From: a virus | Lineage: Duplodnaviria; Caudoviricetes | Virus record (IMG/VR): IMGVR_UViG_2818991472_000001 | Location: 64,001-128,000 of that record | Strand: one strand, 5' to 3' | DNA length: 64,000 bases | Shown: piece by piece, positions 1-9,449 of the stretch | Layout: every line of letters starts with the position of its first letter | How positions within the stretch are numbered: the first letter of the stretch is position 1 | The notes under the pieces: generated by a model | What the model was told of the DNA's origin: nothing | Databases searched by the model: none | What the model saw: the letters and a program-made list of their open reading frames with translations, nothing else | Program-made: the position numbers and the translations under genes

Positions 1-308
1 TAACAAGCCCAGGCGGCCTTCTTCCTCGGTCCGAACCGGCCTGGCTCCTGGGGGGTGGGGGCCGCCGCCGTTGGGGCTGGGCAGCAGTACGCGAGGGTCT
101 CCAGGTCGAGCATCCGGTAGTCGCGGAACATGGCGAGGGCCTCGGGGGCGTTGGGCCAGCGGACGGTGCTGGTCCGGCCGTCGTCGGCCTGCACGGTGAC
201 GTGGGCCTGGGCGTGGTCGATGGCGGTGACGGTGGTGCACAGGCCCAGCAGGCCCTGCTGCGGGGCGTGGTGGATGCGGTCGCCGACGGCCAGCGGCGGG
301 TGGATCAC
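1..308 (-). CDS. hypothetical protein, 3'-truncated by window edge
   Basis: GTG at 308 overlaps the TGA of the upstream ORF (GTGA); frame stays open to the window edge. Confidence 0.4.
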   Translation of the reverse strand, partial: MIHPPLAVGDRIHHAPQQGLLGLCTTVTAIDHAQAHVTVQADDGRTSTVRWPNAPEALAMFRDYRMLDLETLAYCCPAPTAAAPTPQEPGRFGPRKKAAWAC

Positions 309-790
309 TTGTCGGTCCCGGGGTTGTAGGCGTTCTTGAGGCGGGGGTTCTCGGCGACCAGGTCGGAGGCGGTCAGGTGGAGCTGCTCGCTGGCGTAGTC
401 GCGCTCGCTGGCCTTGCTGATCTGGTCGAAGTAGAGGGCGGCGGCGACCACCACGGTGTCGGTGAGCATCGCGTTCTGCGCCTCCAGGGTGGTCAGGCGT
501 GGGGTGAGGGCCTTGACGACCGCCCTGGTGATGGCGGCGGCGCTGGCGGCCGGGGAACTGCTCAGGGCGGCGGTGACGACCTCGCTGACGACGGCTTCCA
601 GGCCGGTGGGGTCGAGGCGGACGCGCTCGCGGGGCGGTTCGCCGACTCCGGCGCAGGCGGCGCCCATGAGCCAGGAGAGGTGGTACGGGTTCGGGGCTCC
701 GTGGTGGCGGATCATCCCGGCCTTGGTGAGGTTCGCCTTCCGGCCGCAGCTGGCGCAGGTGCCTTGCGGTGGCAGCGTGGTGGGAGTCAT
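305..790 (-). CDS. hypothetical protein with N-terminal Cys/His cluster
   Basis: ORF track 305..865; start moved to MTPTT (790) after AGGA; CxxC...HH motif. Confidence 0.6.
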   Translation of the reverse strand: MTPTTLPPQGTCASCGRKANLTKAGMIRHHGAPNPYHLSWLMGAACAGVGEPPRERVRLDPTGLEAVVSEVVTAALSSSPAASAAAITRAVVKALTPRLTTLEAQNAMLTDTVVVAAALYFDQISKASERDYASEQLHLTASDLVAENPRLKNAYNPGTDK

Positions 791-1100
791 GGGGTGGGTC
801 CTGTTTCGGCAGTTCAGGCGGCAGGCGGTGGCAGTATGTAGAAGGTTAGTCGCTGGTTGTGACAATCCGGGTCAGGGGTCGGGGTGGTCGGCTCCCCCGG
901 TGACGGTCAGCGTGATCCAGGTGAAGATCCCGGCCGCCGCCGCGCTCGCCAGCGTGACCACGCCGAGGTGGAAGGCGCCTTCGGCGGCAGCGGCGACGGT
1001 GGTGGAGCAGGCCAGGGTGACGGGGGCGGTACGGCGCACATCAGATCCACGGGAGTCGGTTCGGGCATGAAGTAGACGGAGGGCAGCGGGCCGGGGACGA

Positions 1101-1664
1101 TCACCGGCCCTGGCTCACCTTCCACTGGTGGAGGTCCGTGATGTGGCGCGGGAGGCCCTCGTGGCGGCGCCGCTCGGTGAGGACTTCGTCCATCAGCTCG
1201 GTCAGCTCGCCGATTCCGGCGGCGGTGCACAGCACCCGCTCGGCGCGGCTGGTGACGTCCGGGTCGATGACGGCGCGCTCGGTGGCGGCCCAGTCCAGGG
1301 CCCAGGACAGCAGCTGCGGTTCGAGCGTGAGGGCGGCGGTGAGCGGGGTGCGGCGCTGGACGACGCGGTTGTCCAGGTCCAGCACCTCCAGCACGCGGCC
1401 GGTCAGGCGGACCTTCTGGTAGATCGCGGCCACCCCGGTGTGCTGGTAGTTGCTGTAGGACTCCCACAGCTCGGTCAGCCAGGTGTTGACGCCGAGGATG
1501 TCGGCGAGCAGCGGGTGGATCTGCTCGTGGGCGTGGCGGTTGTTGCGGAGGTCGGAGATCGCGGCGACCAGGACGGTGCGGTTGCGCTGCTGCAGGGTCA
1601 GTCCGTAGAGGACGGCCGGGGGCGTGGGGCCGGTGCTGTTGGTGGAGATGGTGGCGATGGTCAT
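1101..1664 (-). CDS. hypothetical protein
   Basis: ORF track 1101..1712; protein-like composition from MTIAT. Confidence 0.6.
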   Translation of the reverse strand: MTIATISTNSTGPTPPAVLYGLTLQQRNRTVLVAAISDLRNNRHAHEQIHPLLADILGVNTWLTELWESYSNYQHTGVAAIYQKVRLTGRVLEVLDLDNRVVQRRTPLTAALTLEPQLLSWALDWAATERAVIDPDVTSRAERVLCTAAGIGELTELMDEVLTERRRHEGLPRHITDLHQWKVSQGR

Positions 1665-1678
1665 CGTGGCTCGCTTCG

Positions 1679-2047
1679 TCAGGCGTTGCGGACGCGCCAG
1701 TAGGTCCGGCACCGGGAGCAGCGGTAGGTGGTCCAGCGCTTGTCGTCCGGGTGGGTGCCGTGGTTCCAGGTGCGGCGGTGGTCGGTGGGCCGGGCGCAGG
1801 CGCGGCCGGTGAAGCCGGGGCGGCCGAGGGTGGTGGTCCTCGGCGGGTGGATGCGGCGGTTGTAGGCGTGGACGGCCGACAGGAGCAGGCGCGGGGCGCG
1901 CAGTCCGTCGACGGGGACGACCGGGAGCGTCTGGTACTCCACGAGGAGGCGGACCTGGTCCTCGGTCTTGCCGAGGAGAGCGGCGGCGTCGTGGAGGGAG
2001 CAGGTGCTGAAGTCGACCGGGACGGCTGTCTTCTTGCTGCTGCTCAT
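1679..2047 (-). CDS. excisionase-like HTH DNA-binding protein
   Basis: SLHDAAALLGKTEDQVRLLV...LP...R pattern resembles MerR-like/HTH_17 excisionase HTH; ATGA coupling to upstream gene. Confidence 0.55.
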   Translation of the reverse strand: MSSSKKTAVPVDFSTCSLHDAAALLGKTEDQVRLLVEYQTLPVVPVDGLRAPRLLLSAVHAYNRRIHPPRTTTLGRPGFTGRACARPTDHRRTWNHGTHPDDKRWTTYRCSRCRTYWRVRNA

Positions 2048-2589
2048 CGGGGCTGGCGGGCCTCGGAGTTGAGCATCAGGGCGGCGATGAGGGCGCGCAT
2101 GCCGTGCACGGTGAAGGTCTTCTTCTCGCCGAGGTCGCCGGGGACGCCCGCCTCCAGGAAGCCGTCGACGATGCTCCGGTAGTCCGGCAGCTCGGGTTCG
2201 CCGACCAGCCTGGTGTAGTCCGGGCCTTCCAGGCGGGCGGCGACGACGTCGGCGGCGCGGGTGAGCGGCCGGGCGTAGAGCAGCGGTTCCTCCGGCTCCC
2301 AGCCGGAGACCAGCAGCACCGTGGCGGCGCCGTCGTGGGTGGCCCAGACGGCGCGCAGCTTGTCGGTGCGGGAGGACTTCACCAGCAGGGCCGGGTGGAG
2401 GTTCTCGGCGTCGATGCTCGCGGGCGAGATCGGGACGATGCCCAGGGCGGCGAGGGCGGCCTTCAGGGCCTTGAGGCGGTCGCGGGTGCTGACGAGGTAC
2501 GGCGCCGGAGCGAGGAAGGGAAGGGTGGTCTCGTACTCAGCTGCGGCGAGTTCGTACCACCCGGGCGTGGCAGTGCCCGAGGACGGCAT
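2044..2589 (-). CDS. hypothetical protein
   Basis: ORF with AGGAGA RBS, coupled to downstream gene. Confidence 0.65.
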   Translation of the reverse strand: MPSSGTATPGWYELAAAEYETTLPFLAPAPYLVSTRDRLKALKAALAALGIVPISPASIDAENLHPALLVKSSRTDKLRAVWATHDGAATVLLVSGWEPEEPLLYARPLTRAADVVAARLEGPDYTRLVGEPELPDYRSIVDGFLEAGVPGDLGEKKTFTVHGMRALIAALMLNSEARQPR

Positions 2590-2738
2590 GGCGGATTCTC
2601 CTGGCAGGAGGAGTGGTGGAGCATTGGCAGGTCCGGCCAGCCTACATGCCGTCTTCGCAGGCCGTCGAGGTCTGAAACGATCTCACGACAGCGCTGCTGG
2701 CCCCGGTCGTCGCTCCAGGGCCAGCAGCGCCAAGCATG

Positions 2739-3746
2739 TCAGAACGCGGGTTCGGCCGGGCTGTCCTGGTTGAACAACCACGCCTCTTCGTCCTGGACAC
2801 AGGTGTCCTCCGGGGAGGGCTCCTGCTCCTCCTCCTGGTCGGCGCCCGCCAGACCGGGGAACAGCTTGGCCACGTGCCGGGCCACCGCGAGGCCGGAGCC
2901 TGCTCCCCGCAGACCGGACGGCGGCTGGTGGCCCAGCTGCCCGGCGGCATCGGTGTAGACCGGCTCCGGGAGCTTCACGTCGAGGTCGAACGAGTCGATC
3001 TCGTCGTCGACCACCTGCTGCGCCTGCAGCAGCTGCCCGTTGGCGTCCCAGGTCACGCGGACCAGCTCACCGGTGACGACCAGCCATCCGATCATGCGGA
3101 CCGCGAGGAGCTGCGGAACCTGGTGGGGGCGAAGACCACGGTCGACCCGGGCCTGCTGCAGCGTCGGGATCAGGTCGCCCGCCAGTTCCGACAGCCGGTG
3201 GATGCCCGATGCGGATTCGAGGTACGCGCGCACGCTGGGGCGGGCGTTGGGGAGGTTGTAGAACATGACGCCGACGCCGTGGTCGAGGAGGATGCGCTGC
3301 AGCGGCTCCTCGCCGCCTTCGGTGACGTACTTGGCCAGGACCGCGCCCTCCTCGGCGGCCACCTTCTCCGGTGAGGGCGAGGCTTCGGGCGTGGGCCTCG
3401 GGGGCACCAGCGCTGCCGTGGCCTCCACGGAGCCCACCTCGGGGCGCTTCGGCCATGCGAGGCGCAGCCGCTGCTCCTCGGCGTGAAGGGCCCGCTCCAG
3501 TTCTTCGGTTTCCACGGACTGCCGCCAGACCGTCAGCGTGCCGCCCTGCGGGTACGCGTACTCCATGGCCTTGGCCGGTGCCGAGCGGTGCTCCGGGTCG
3601 CCGGGATGGTCCTCGGACAGCCACTGGGGCGCGGCGTCATCGGGCAGGAGGCAGGAGGCGGCGTTCCGGGCGTCGACCAGGGACAGTTCCAGATTGGGTG
3701 TCCCGTCCGGCAGGACGAGCGTGTAGACGAACACGGTGTACTCCAA
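2739..3746 (-). CDS. hypothetical protein
   Basis: 335-aa ORF, GC3-rich, acidic C-terminal tail. Confidence 0.65.
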   Translation of the reverse strand: MEYTVFVYTLVLPDGTPNLELSLVDARNAASCLLPDDAAPQWLSEDHPGDPEHRSAPAKAMEYAYPQGGTLTVWRQSVETEELERALHAEEQRLRLAWPKRPEVGSVEATAALVPPRPTPEASPSPEKVAAEEGAVLAKYVTEGGEEPLQRILLDHGVGVMFYNLPNARPSVRAYLESASGIHRLSELAGDLIPTLQQARVDRGLRPHQVPQLLAVRMIGWLVVTGELVRVTWDANGQLLQAQQVVDDEIDSFDLDVKLPEPVYTDAAGQLGHQPPSGLRGAGSGLAVARHVAKLFPGLAGADQEEEQEPSPEDTCVQDEEAWLFNQDSPAEPAF

Positions 3747-3759
3747 AGGGGGCGGCAGG

Positions 3760-4086
3760 TCAGGCAGTGAGGGCCTGGGCGGAAGGCGGCGGTGAGGTGA
3801 TGCTGAGGTGGGGCAGCTGGTTCATGCCGAGTGCGATGTCCACCGTCAGTCCCGCTTTCTCCAGCACCTGGGCGCAGGTCTCGGTGATGTTGAAGACGAG
3901 CCGGGCGTTGGGCGGAAGGCTGGTGGCGACGTAGGTGACCCGGACGGTGCCGTCGGACAGGTCCTCGACCAAGTACCCGGCGTGGGTGACGACTCCGGTC
4001 CTGGAGAGGGAGGCGGCCACCAACCCGGCGTCCCGCAGTGCGTCCGCGCTGCGCTGGGCGAGGCCGGAGAGGGAACGCCGGGTCAT
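3760..4086 (-). CDS. hypothetical protein (single copy of the repeated 'AL..AG...GY.V...V.V...L..AG' module)
   Basis: ATGA overlap with upstream ORF; module shared with larger proteins in this window. Confidence 0.6.
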   Translation of the reverse strand: MTRRSLSGLAQRSADALRDAGLVAASLSRTGVVTHAGYLVEDLSDGTVRVTYVATSLPPNARLVFNITETCAQVLEKAGLTVDIALGMNQLPHLSITSPPPSAQALTA

Positions 4087-4793
4087 CTGGCACCGTCCAG
4101 CAGCCACGGCGGGACGGTCAGGGGCAGCTCGGCGATCTGGGCGGTGGCGATCCAGAACTGCCCGGACTCCGCCAGGCTGGCCAGACGGGCGGACCCGGTC
4201 ACTCCGGGCTCGTCCTGGTCCAGCAGCGCCTTGATCCCCAGCTCGAACTCTTCCTCGCGCTGTTCCCGGACGGCGGCCACCAGCTCCTCGTCGGTCAGTT
4301 CGTCCAGGTGGCGTACGCCCGCGTGCTTCCTGACCCGGCGCCAGATCGCTTCCCTCTCCTGCGCGCGGACGTAGGTGCCGACCTGGCCGTGGGGGGCGTG
4401 CTTGCGCAGGATCAGCAGGGAGTTGAACCTGCGGCGCTCGCTCTCGTAGTCCTCGCCGTGCCGCTCGGCGCTGGCCCGTATCCGCTGGGCGGCAAAGGCG
4501 ACCTGCTGTGCGGTGCGGACGGTGGAGTCGGACAACGCTTCTCCCAGGTCAAAGAGCTGAGCTGCACGAGCACGGCGTGCGGAGTGACGTCCCGTCAGGG
4601 CATGCGCCAAAGAGCGCAGATGACAGACCGGGTGATCCGCACAATGCAATAATGTCAGCCTCTTGCGGGCGCTGCACAGGAACTGGCCAAAACCGAACGA
4701 GCCGATCCTGTGGCCCCCCACCAACAACCGCCGGAGAGCACCGCTGCATGACCAAGAACCAGCCACCACCCCGACCCGACAACACCACCCCAT
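4083..4793 (-). CDS. hypothetical protein (true start probably ~4600-4650)
   Basis: C-terminal ~170 aa look protein-like; N-terminus overlaps an opposite-strand gene. Confidence 0.5.
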   Translation of the reverse strand: MGWCCRVGVVAGSWSCSGALRRLLVGGHRIGSFGFGQFLCSARKRLTLLHCADHPVCHLRSLAHALTGRHSARRARAAQLFDLGEALSDSTVRTAQQVAFAAQRIRASAERHGEDYESERRRFNSLLILRKHAPHGQVGTYVRAQEREAIWRRVRKHAGVRHLDELTDEELVAAVREQREEEFELGIKALLDQDEPGVTGSARLASLAESGQFWIATAQIAELPLTVPPWLLDGAR

Positions 4794-5041
4794 CGAGTGA
4801 ACGCCGCCGGACCCTCACCCTCTATCTCTCGCTCATCGCCCTGGCCATCCTCGCCACCGGCGCGGTCTTCGTCTTCCTCTCCCCCGAGAAGCACACCCCC
4901 GCCGCAGCCGCGCTGTACGTCCTCACCGTCGGCGTCTGCGTGATCGTCATCATCGCGGTTCCCGACCTCCTGGCCTCCCGGGAGCGCCAGGACCGCACCC
5001 TCCCCCCGCCCAGGCCCTCCAAGGGCCGTACCGAGAAATGA
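4748..5041 (+). CDS. small two-TM membrane protein
   Basis: two hydrophobic segments (LYLSLIALAILATGAVFVFL; LYVLTVGVCVIVIIAV); GGAGAG RBS. Confidence 0.65.
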   Translation: MTKNQPPPRPDNTTPSSERRRTLTLYLSLIALAILATGAVFVFLSPEKHTPAAAALYVLTVGVCVIVIIAVPDLLASRERQDRTLPPPRPSKGRTEK

Positions 5042-5042
5042 A

Positions 5043-5078
5043 CGGTGCCCCGGCCGGGCGGACTCGGCCGGGGCACCG
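5043..5078. terminator. hairpin between convergent genes
   Basis: cggtgccccggccg...cggccggggcaccg inverted repeat. Confidence 0.65.
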
Positions 5079-5089
5079 CGTGTTCATGA

Positions 5090-5521
5090 TCAGTAGACCG
5101 GGCAGGACGGGCAGAACGCGGCGCTGACGGCGAGCGGGCCCAGGAAGATCGTGCGGCTGCGCCCACCGGTCTCCCGCAGCGACTTCTTGCAGGAGTAGCA
5201 CTTGCGGGCCGTGATCGACAGGCGCTTGACGTCGCAGGGGACGCAGGCGACGGTGTCGGGCATCTCGGCCCAGGCGACGAGCGGCACGGTGAGTTCGCCG
5301 TTGCTCGGGAAGTGCGGGCAGTAGTAGCGCTTCTTGCGCGGATTGCTGTGCGTGGCGAGGACGTTCCGGAACCAGTCGGGCCGCTCCTCCGGGCGGATCG
5401 TGGACTCGATCGCCTCTCCCCCGGCAAGCTCCCCGAGCACTTCGACGTGCTCCTGGATGTCACGGACGGCGGCCTGCTCCTGGTCGGAGACAGCGATCTC
5501 TGAGGGGTGTCGCTTCATCAT
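5090..5521 (-). CDS. Cys-rich putative zinc-binding protein
   Basis: CPH, CVPC, CYSC, CPSC motifs. Confidence 0.6.
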   Translation of the reverse strand: MMKRHPSEIAVSDQEQAAVRDIQEHVEVLGELAGGEAIESTIRPEERPDWFRNVLATHSNPRKKRYYCPHFPSNGELTVPLVAWAEMPDTVACVPCDVKRLSITARKCYSCKKSLRETGGRSRTIFLGPLAVSAAFCPSCPVY

Positions 5522-5691
5522 GCGAAAGACGCTATTCCCCCAACTACCAAATGTAGAGCCAAAGTTGGGCCCGCGCAATTTCCCGTCTCCAACCGGCCCA
5601 TTGTGTCCGAAACCCCGGCCTCCGGCTGGCCAGATGCCGCCGGTGCCGGGGTTTCAGGTCGCTCCTGCGTACGACTTCTCGCTCCGATGTT

Positions 5692-6489
5692 CTACTGGCG
5701 GCGGTACGCGGCGAGACGGCAGCGGATACCCCACCAGTTGACGTGCGCGGGGGACGCCGACACCTCCACCCACTCCTCGTCCAGCAGCTCGTAGAACCCG
5801 TCATCGGCGTTCGCCCCGCCCCAGCCCTCCCCCGCGTACAGCAGCAGGTCGCCCTGGTACACCGACAGGGCGTGGCGGGCGTGCTCGCCCTGGTGGGGCG
5901 GCCAGACCATCAGCAGCACACGGTCCGGGTGCGCGGCAGCAGCCTCGGCGCCCTCGACCAGCACCGTGGTGTACGGACCGCCGGAGCACCACCGGTTCTC
6001 CCAGCCGGGCGGCAGCGGGTCGTAGGCGGCGACGTCCACCCCGGCCTGCTCCAGCTGCCACGCCCAGTACCCCGTACCGGCGCCGACCTCGACCACGGCC
6101 CGGCCGCCGAGCTGCTCCACCATCCAGGTGATGTCGCCAGGGGACGGGATCGACCAGGCGTACTGCGTGCACAGCTGCTGCCGGGAGGCACCGAGGAGCG
6201 CGAGGCGCATGCTCAGCTCCGGCGCGAAGTACATCGGCTCCATTTGCACCTCGGGCATCGTCCCGAAGACCGGCGGCGTCGACGGCATCCACCGCACCAC
6301 CTCCCAGTACGGGTTCTGCACCCCGTCAGGAACGAGCTGGTCGTGCGGGCCGCCCGCGAGCGGCGCAGCGCCCTCCGAGAAGAAGAACGGCTTCTCCGGC
6401 AGCTCCGGGTTCTTCCAGGCGGCCTGCAGCGCTTCCACGGCCCGCGCGGGGTCGATCAGCGGGCCGTGCCCCTCAAGGATGTCGGTCAT
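5692..6489 (-). CDS. class I SAM-dependent methyltransferase-like protein
   Basis: VVEVGAGTGYW motif I, AYD, LLMVWPP; start MTDIL after AAGAGGG. Confidence 0.75.
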   Translation of the reverse strand: MTDILEGHGPLIDPARAVEALQAAWKNPELPEKPFFFSEGAAPLAGGPHDQLVPDGVQNPYWEVVRWMPSTPPVFGTMPEVQMEPMYFAPELSMRLALLGASRQQLCTQYAWSIPSPGDITWMVEQLGGRAVVEVGAGTGYWAWQLEQAGVDVAAYDPLPPGWENRWCSGGPYTTVLVEGAEAAAAHPDRVLLMVWPPHQGEHARHALSVYQGDLLLYAGEGWGGANADDGFYELLDEEWVEVSASPAHVNWWGIRCRLAAYRRQ

Positions 6490-6686
6490 GCCCTCTTTTT
6501 CCTGAACTCCAGTACGGTGCCCGGCGGTTGGTCCTCCGGGGTCTTGCAGTCCTGCTGGTGCACGGCGTACCAGGCGGCGGCCTGGGTGTGGGAGCGGTCG
6601 AACCCCGAGACCGAGCACCGGCGGCAGGTCGCGATGCCGGTCTCGGGGTCGTACCGGTACGGGAGCCGGGTCACCCGTCGGGTCAC
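6486..6686 (-). CDS. small zinc-finger-like protein
   Basis: CRRC...H...C; GTGA/ATGA couplings on both sides. Confidence 0.5.
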   Translation of the reverse strand: MTRRVTRLPYRYDPETGIATCRRCSVSGFDRSHTQAAAWYAVHQQDCKTPEDQPPGTVLEFRKKRA

Positions 6687-7081
6687 CCGTCGACCGCGCC
6701 CTGCCGCTCGGCCATCTCTTCGAAGGTGTCGAACAGCTCGGGCCACCCCTCGCCGGGGCGCAGCGCCTGGGCCGGGATGCGGCCGGTGGCTACCGCGAGC
6801 CGGATGCCGATGTGCTGGTGGCCCTCGACGGCGAGCCAGCCCGCGCATGCCTCCTCGTCGCCTTCGGGGGATTTGTGGCAGGCGAACATCGGCTGGGAGA
6901 CGATGTCCTCCATGCTGGTCACCTCGATCTGCTCGCTGGTGTTGCGGAGCAGCTCGTACCGCTCGGCGGTGAACTGGCCGGGCTCGGTCTCGCGCTTCCA
7001 CGGGCACTCGTTGCACGGGTAGCGGCGGTGCGGCGTGCCCGTGCTGCAGGAGCCGCGCTCCGGGGTCTGGGCGTCGGTCAC
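6683..7081 (-). CDS. DUF6283-like protein
   Basis: PCNECPW...FACHKS...CAGWL motif set. Confidence 0.7.
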   Translation of the reverse strand: MTDAQTPERGSCSTGTPHRRYPCNECPWKRETEPGQFTAERYELLRNTSEQIEVTSMEDIVSQPMFACHKSPEGDEEACAGWLAVEGHQHIGIRLAVATGRIPAQALRPGEGWPELFDTFEEMAERQGAVDG

Positions 7082-7839
7082 TGCTGGCTGCCCTGGGTCA
7101 GGGCGAGCAGGCGCAGCGCACCGTCGACGAGGTCGACCAGCTCCTTGGGGATGTCGTCGTCGTACTCGGCGAGGGAGCCGGAGAAGCTGGTGGTAGCGCG
7201 GCTGCGGCCGGGCTTGTTCTTCTCGTTGACGACCAGGCCCGCCGCGACGACGGTGCCGACAGCCCACTGGTTGGGCTCGGTCAGGTCGAAGGTGACGAAG
7301 ACGTTGTCGACCAGGATGCGCTCCTCCGGCTTCTCATAGCGGGCCATGATCAGGTCCTTCGGGGGCTCCAGGTGGAGCTTGACGCGGCCGTCGATGGTCT
7401 TGACGGTGGGGACCGGGATGTCGTCCTCGTCGTCAAGGAGTTCGACGATGCTGGTCTTGGAGAGGAAGCGGGAGACCGCGTTGTGCATGGCGGTGTCGAT
7501 CTCCTGGGCCAGGCCCGCGCGCTGGTTGCGGCGCTGCCCCAGCCAGGTGTTGACGTCGTCGCGGACGGCCATGGTGGCGTCGAAGACGACCTGGTCGGAG
7601 AAGCCGTCCAGGTCGGCGGGCTGCTCGAAGGTGTTGGAGACGATCGTCTGGGCCTTGGCTGCGACGTCCTGCCACTGCTTGAAGTGGGCGTTGGCCTGGA
7701 TCAGCTCCTCCATGCTCCGCTCGCTGAAGCGGGAGATGTCTCCGAGCCACGCGCCGGTGGCCTCGCGGGCGGCGGTCTGGTCCTTGATCACCTCCTTGTA
7801 GGCGGAGCGGATCGACTTGGCGACGGACTTGAGCTGCAC
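7078..7839 (-). CDS. hypothetical protein
   Basis: GTG start after AGGAG; coupled to downstream gene. Confidence 0.65.
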   Translation of the reverse strand: MQLKSVAKSIRSAYKEVIKDQTAAREATGAWLGDISRFSERSMEELIQANAHFKQWQDVAAKAQTIVSNTFEQPADLDGFSDQVVFDATMAVRDDVNTWLGQRRNQRAGLAQEIDTAMHNAVSRFLSKTSIVELLDDEDDIPVPTVKTIDGRVKLHLEPPKDLIMARYEKPEERILVDNVFVTFDLTEPNQWAVGTVVAAGLVVNEKNKPGRSRATTSFSGSLAEYDDDIPKELVDLVDGALRLLALTQGSQQ

Positions 7840-7853
7840 GGAGTGGCTCCTGG

Positions 7854-8375
7854 TCAGACGAGATCGGTGGGCAGGGTGGGCAGGATGTTCAGGCTCGCGC
7901 CGTCGTGGTCGCACTCCAGGGTGCCGACGTGGTGGCGGGAGTCGTTCGGGGTGACCGGGTGGACGGACTCGAAGCCGACGGTCCAGGGGTCGAGGCGGCC
8001 GGTGTAGTCGACGCTGGTGACCTTGGCGAAGTACCGCTCCCCGTACTGGCGGTCGTAGACCTTGATGGTGTCGCCCTCGGCGTAGGGCGGCTGCCGGTCG
8101 GTGTGCGGGTCCTTCTTGGCGGCGGGGCCGACACAGGCGATCTCGGCCAGCCGGTCCGGTCCGTCCTCGTGGTTCATCGCGAGGTCGACGGCAGCGGCCT
8201 CGACGGGGTACGCCTCGGTGAGGATGGCGCGGTTGCGGCGGTCGGCGGCGGCGAGGGCGGCGATCAGCGGCCGGGTGAAGGAGCCGACCTTGTGGCCGGG
8301 CAGGTAGCCGAAGTGGTGGAGGGTGTCGCGGGCGAGGGTGACGGGGATCTGGGGGGCCGGGTCGGCGGGGGTCAT
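7854..8375 (-). CDS. hypothetical phage-type protein
   Basis: GSF..LI.A...AD..N...L..AYP motif seen in small phage proteins; GAGGA RBS. Confidence 0.6.
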   Translation of the reverse strand: MTPADPAPQIPVTLARDTLHHFGYLPGHKVGSFTRPLIAALAAADRRNRAILTEAYPVEAAAVDLAMNHEDGPDRLAEIACVGPAAKKDPHTDRQPPYAEGDTIKVYDRQYGERYFAKVTSVDYTGRLDPWTVGFESVHPVTPNDSRHHVGTLECDHDGASLNILPTLPTDLV

Positions 8376-8441
8376 GGGTTCCTCAAGGGGGTTGGTTGGG
8401 CCGGGGTCCGGCAGGTTCATCCTGCCGGACCCCGGTGGGGT

Positions 8442-9023
8442 TCAGGGCTGGAAGGGCCGGTTGCAGTCGTCGGCCCGCTCGGTGGCGCAGATCGGGTCGT
8501 CGGTCAGGGTGTGCTCCCAGTGGCGGCCTTCGTCGTGGGTGCGGTAGGTGACGGGCTGGGAGCAGTAGTCGCAGGGGCGCGGCCGGGGGCCGCCCGGGAC
8601 GGCGCGCTCGTCGGGGGCCCAGGGGGCGAGCAGGTTGGAGTTGTTGACCAGCTCGGGGCGCAGCCGGGGCAGGAGCAGGTTGGCGCCGACCAGGGCCCGC
8701 CAGGCGCGCAGGCCCTCCAGGGTGCGGGCGTCGTCGGTGAGCGGGGGCAGCATGGCCAGGCGGGCGGCGGCCTCGGTGGCGGCCTTGTCGGTGAGCGGGA
8801 TGATCGAGGGCAGCATCACCAGCAGGCCGCTGCGCCCGGAGCGCGGGGTGTTGATCATGGGGCGGTGGGTTCCGGGGGCCGGGTGCAGGGTGTCGTCCCA
8901 GGCGATGTTCCGGTACGCCCACAGGTCGGTGGCGTCCAGGAGCCGCGCGGGGACGGGGACCGGGGTCTCCTTGGTCAGGCGCAGCTGGTAGGTCTGGTTG
9001 GCGGCCAGGGCGGAGCGCTTCAT
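8442..9023 (-). CDS. hypothetical protein with C-terminal Cys/His motif
   Basis: AGGAGA RBS; first gene after repeat promoter at 9090. Confidence 0.6.
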   Translation of the reverse strand: MKRSALAANQTYQLRLTKETPVPVPARLLDATDLWAYRNIAWDDTLHPAPGTHRPMINTPRSGRSGLLVMLPSIIPLTDKAATEAAARLAMLPPLTDDARTLEGLRAWRALVGANLLLPRLRPELVNNSNLLAPWAPDERAVPGGPRPRPCDYCSQPVTYRTHDEGRHWEHTLTDDPICATERADDCNRPFQP

Positions 9024-9089
9024 GGCAGGTGGTCTCCTGGTGGGGCGGCAGGGTCGGCGGGCCTGGCAGTGGCCCGCCTTCTGCACCCC

Positions 9090-9132
9090 AATCTAGTGCA
9101 CCGCTATGCGCATAGGCAAGAGGGTTCACTAG
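9090..9132 (-). promoter_or_regulatory. repeated promoter/operator element, copy 1
   Basis: minus strand CTAGTGAAC-cctc-TTGCCT-N18-TAGATT, with GTGCACTAG overlapping the -10. Confidence 0.85.
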
Positions 9133-9449
9133 GATTGGCGGCGCCCCCTCACCCGGTCCACCGCCCGCTGCGCCGCGCCCTGCCCGTGCTCGCGGTCGAA
9201 CAGCCAGCCGTCGAACTCCGTCGCCCCGGGCCGCAGGTCCACCTTCAGCGGCCGAGCGGCCACGTACTCGAACTGGCCGTCCGGGACCTGCTCAAGCCAC
9301 CGGCGAGCCTGCTCGACCGGCACGTCCTCGGGCACGGCGCCCATTGCCGCGTAGACCAGCGCCACCTGGCCACCGCCCCCGCCCAGCCCCGCCTCGTTGA
9401 ACAGCGCGGCCAGGACCTCGGCCCGGTCCAGCCCCGTGATGTCGATCAT
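9129..9449 (-). CDS. conserved phage-type hypothetical protein
   Basis: MIDITGLDRAEVLAALFN...KVDL...FD.WLFDR..G.GAA pattern. Confidence 0.7.
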   Translation of the reverse strand: MIDITGLDRAEVLAALFNEAGLGGGGGQVALVYAAMGAVPEDVPVEQARRWLEQVPDGQFEYVAARPLKVDLRPGATEFDGWLFDREHGQGAAQRAVDRVRGRRQS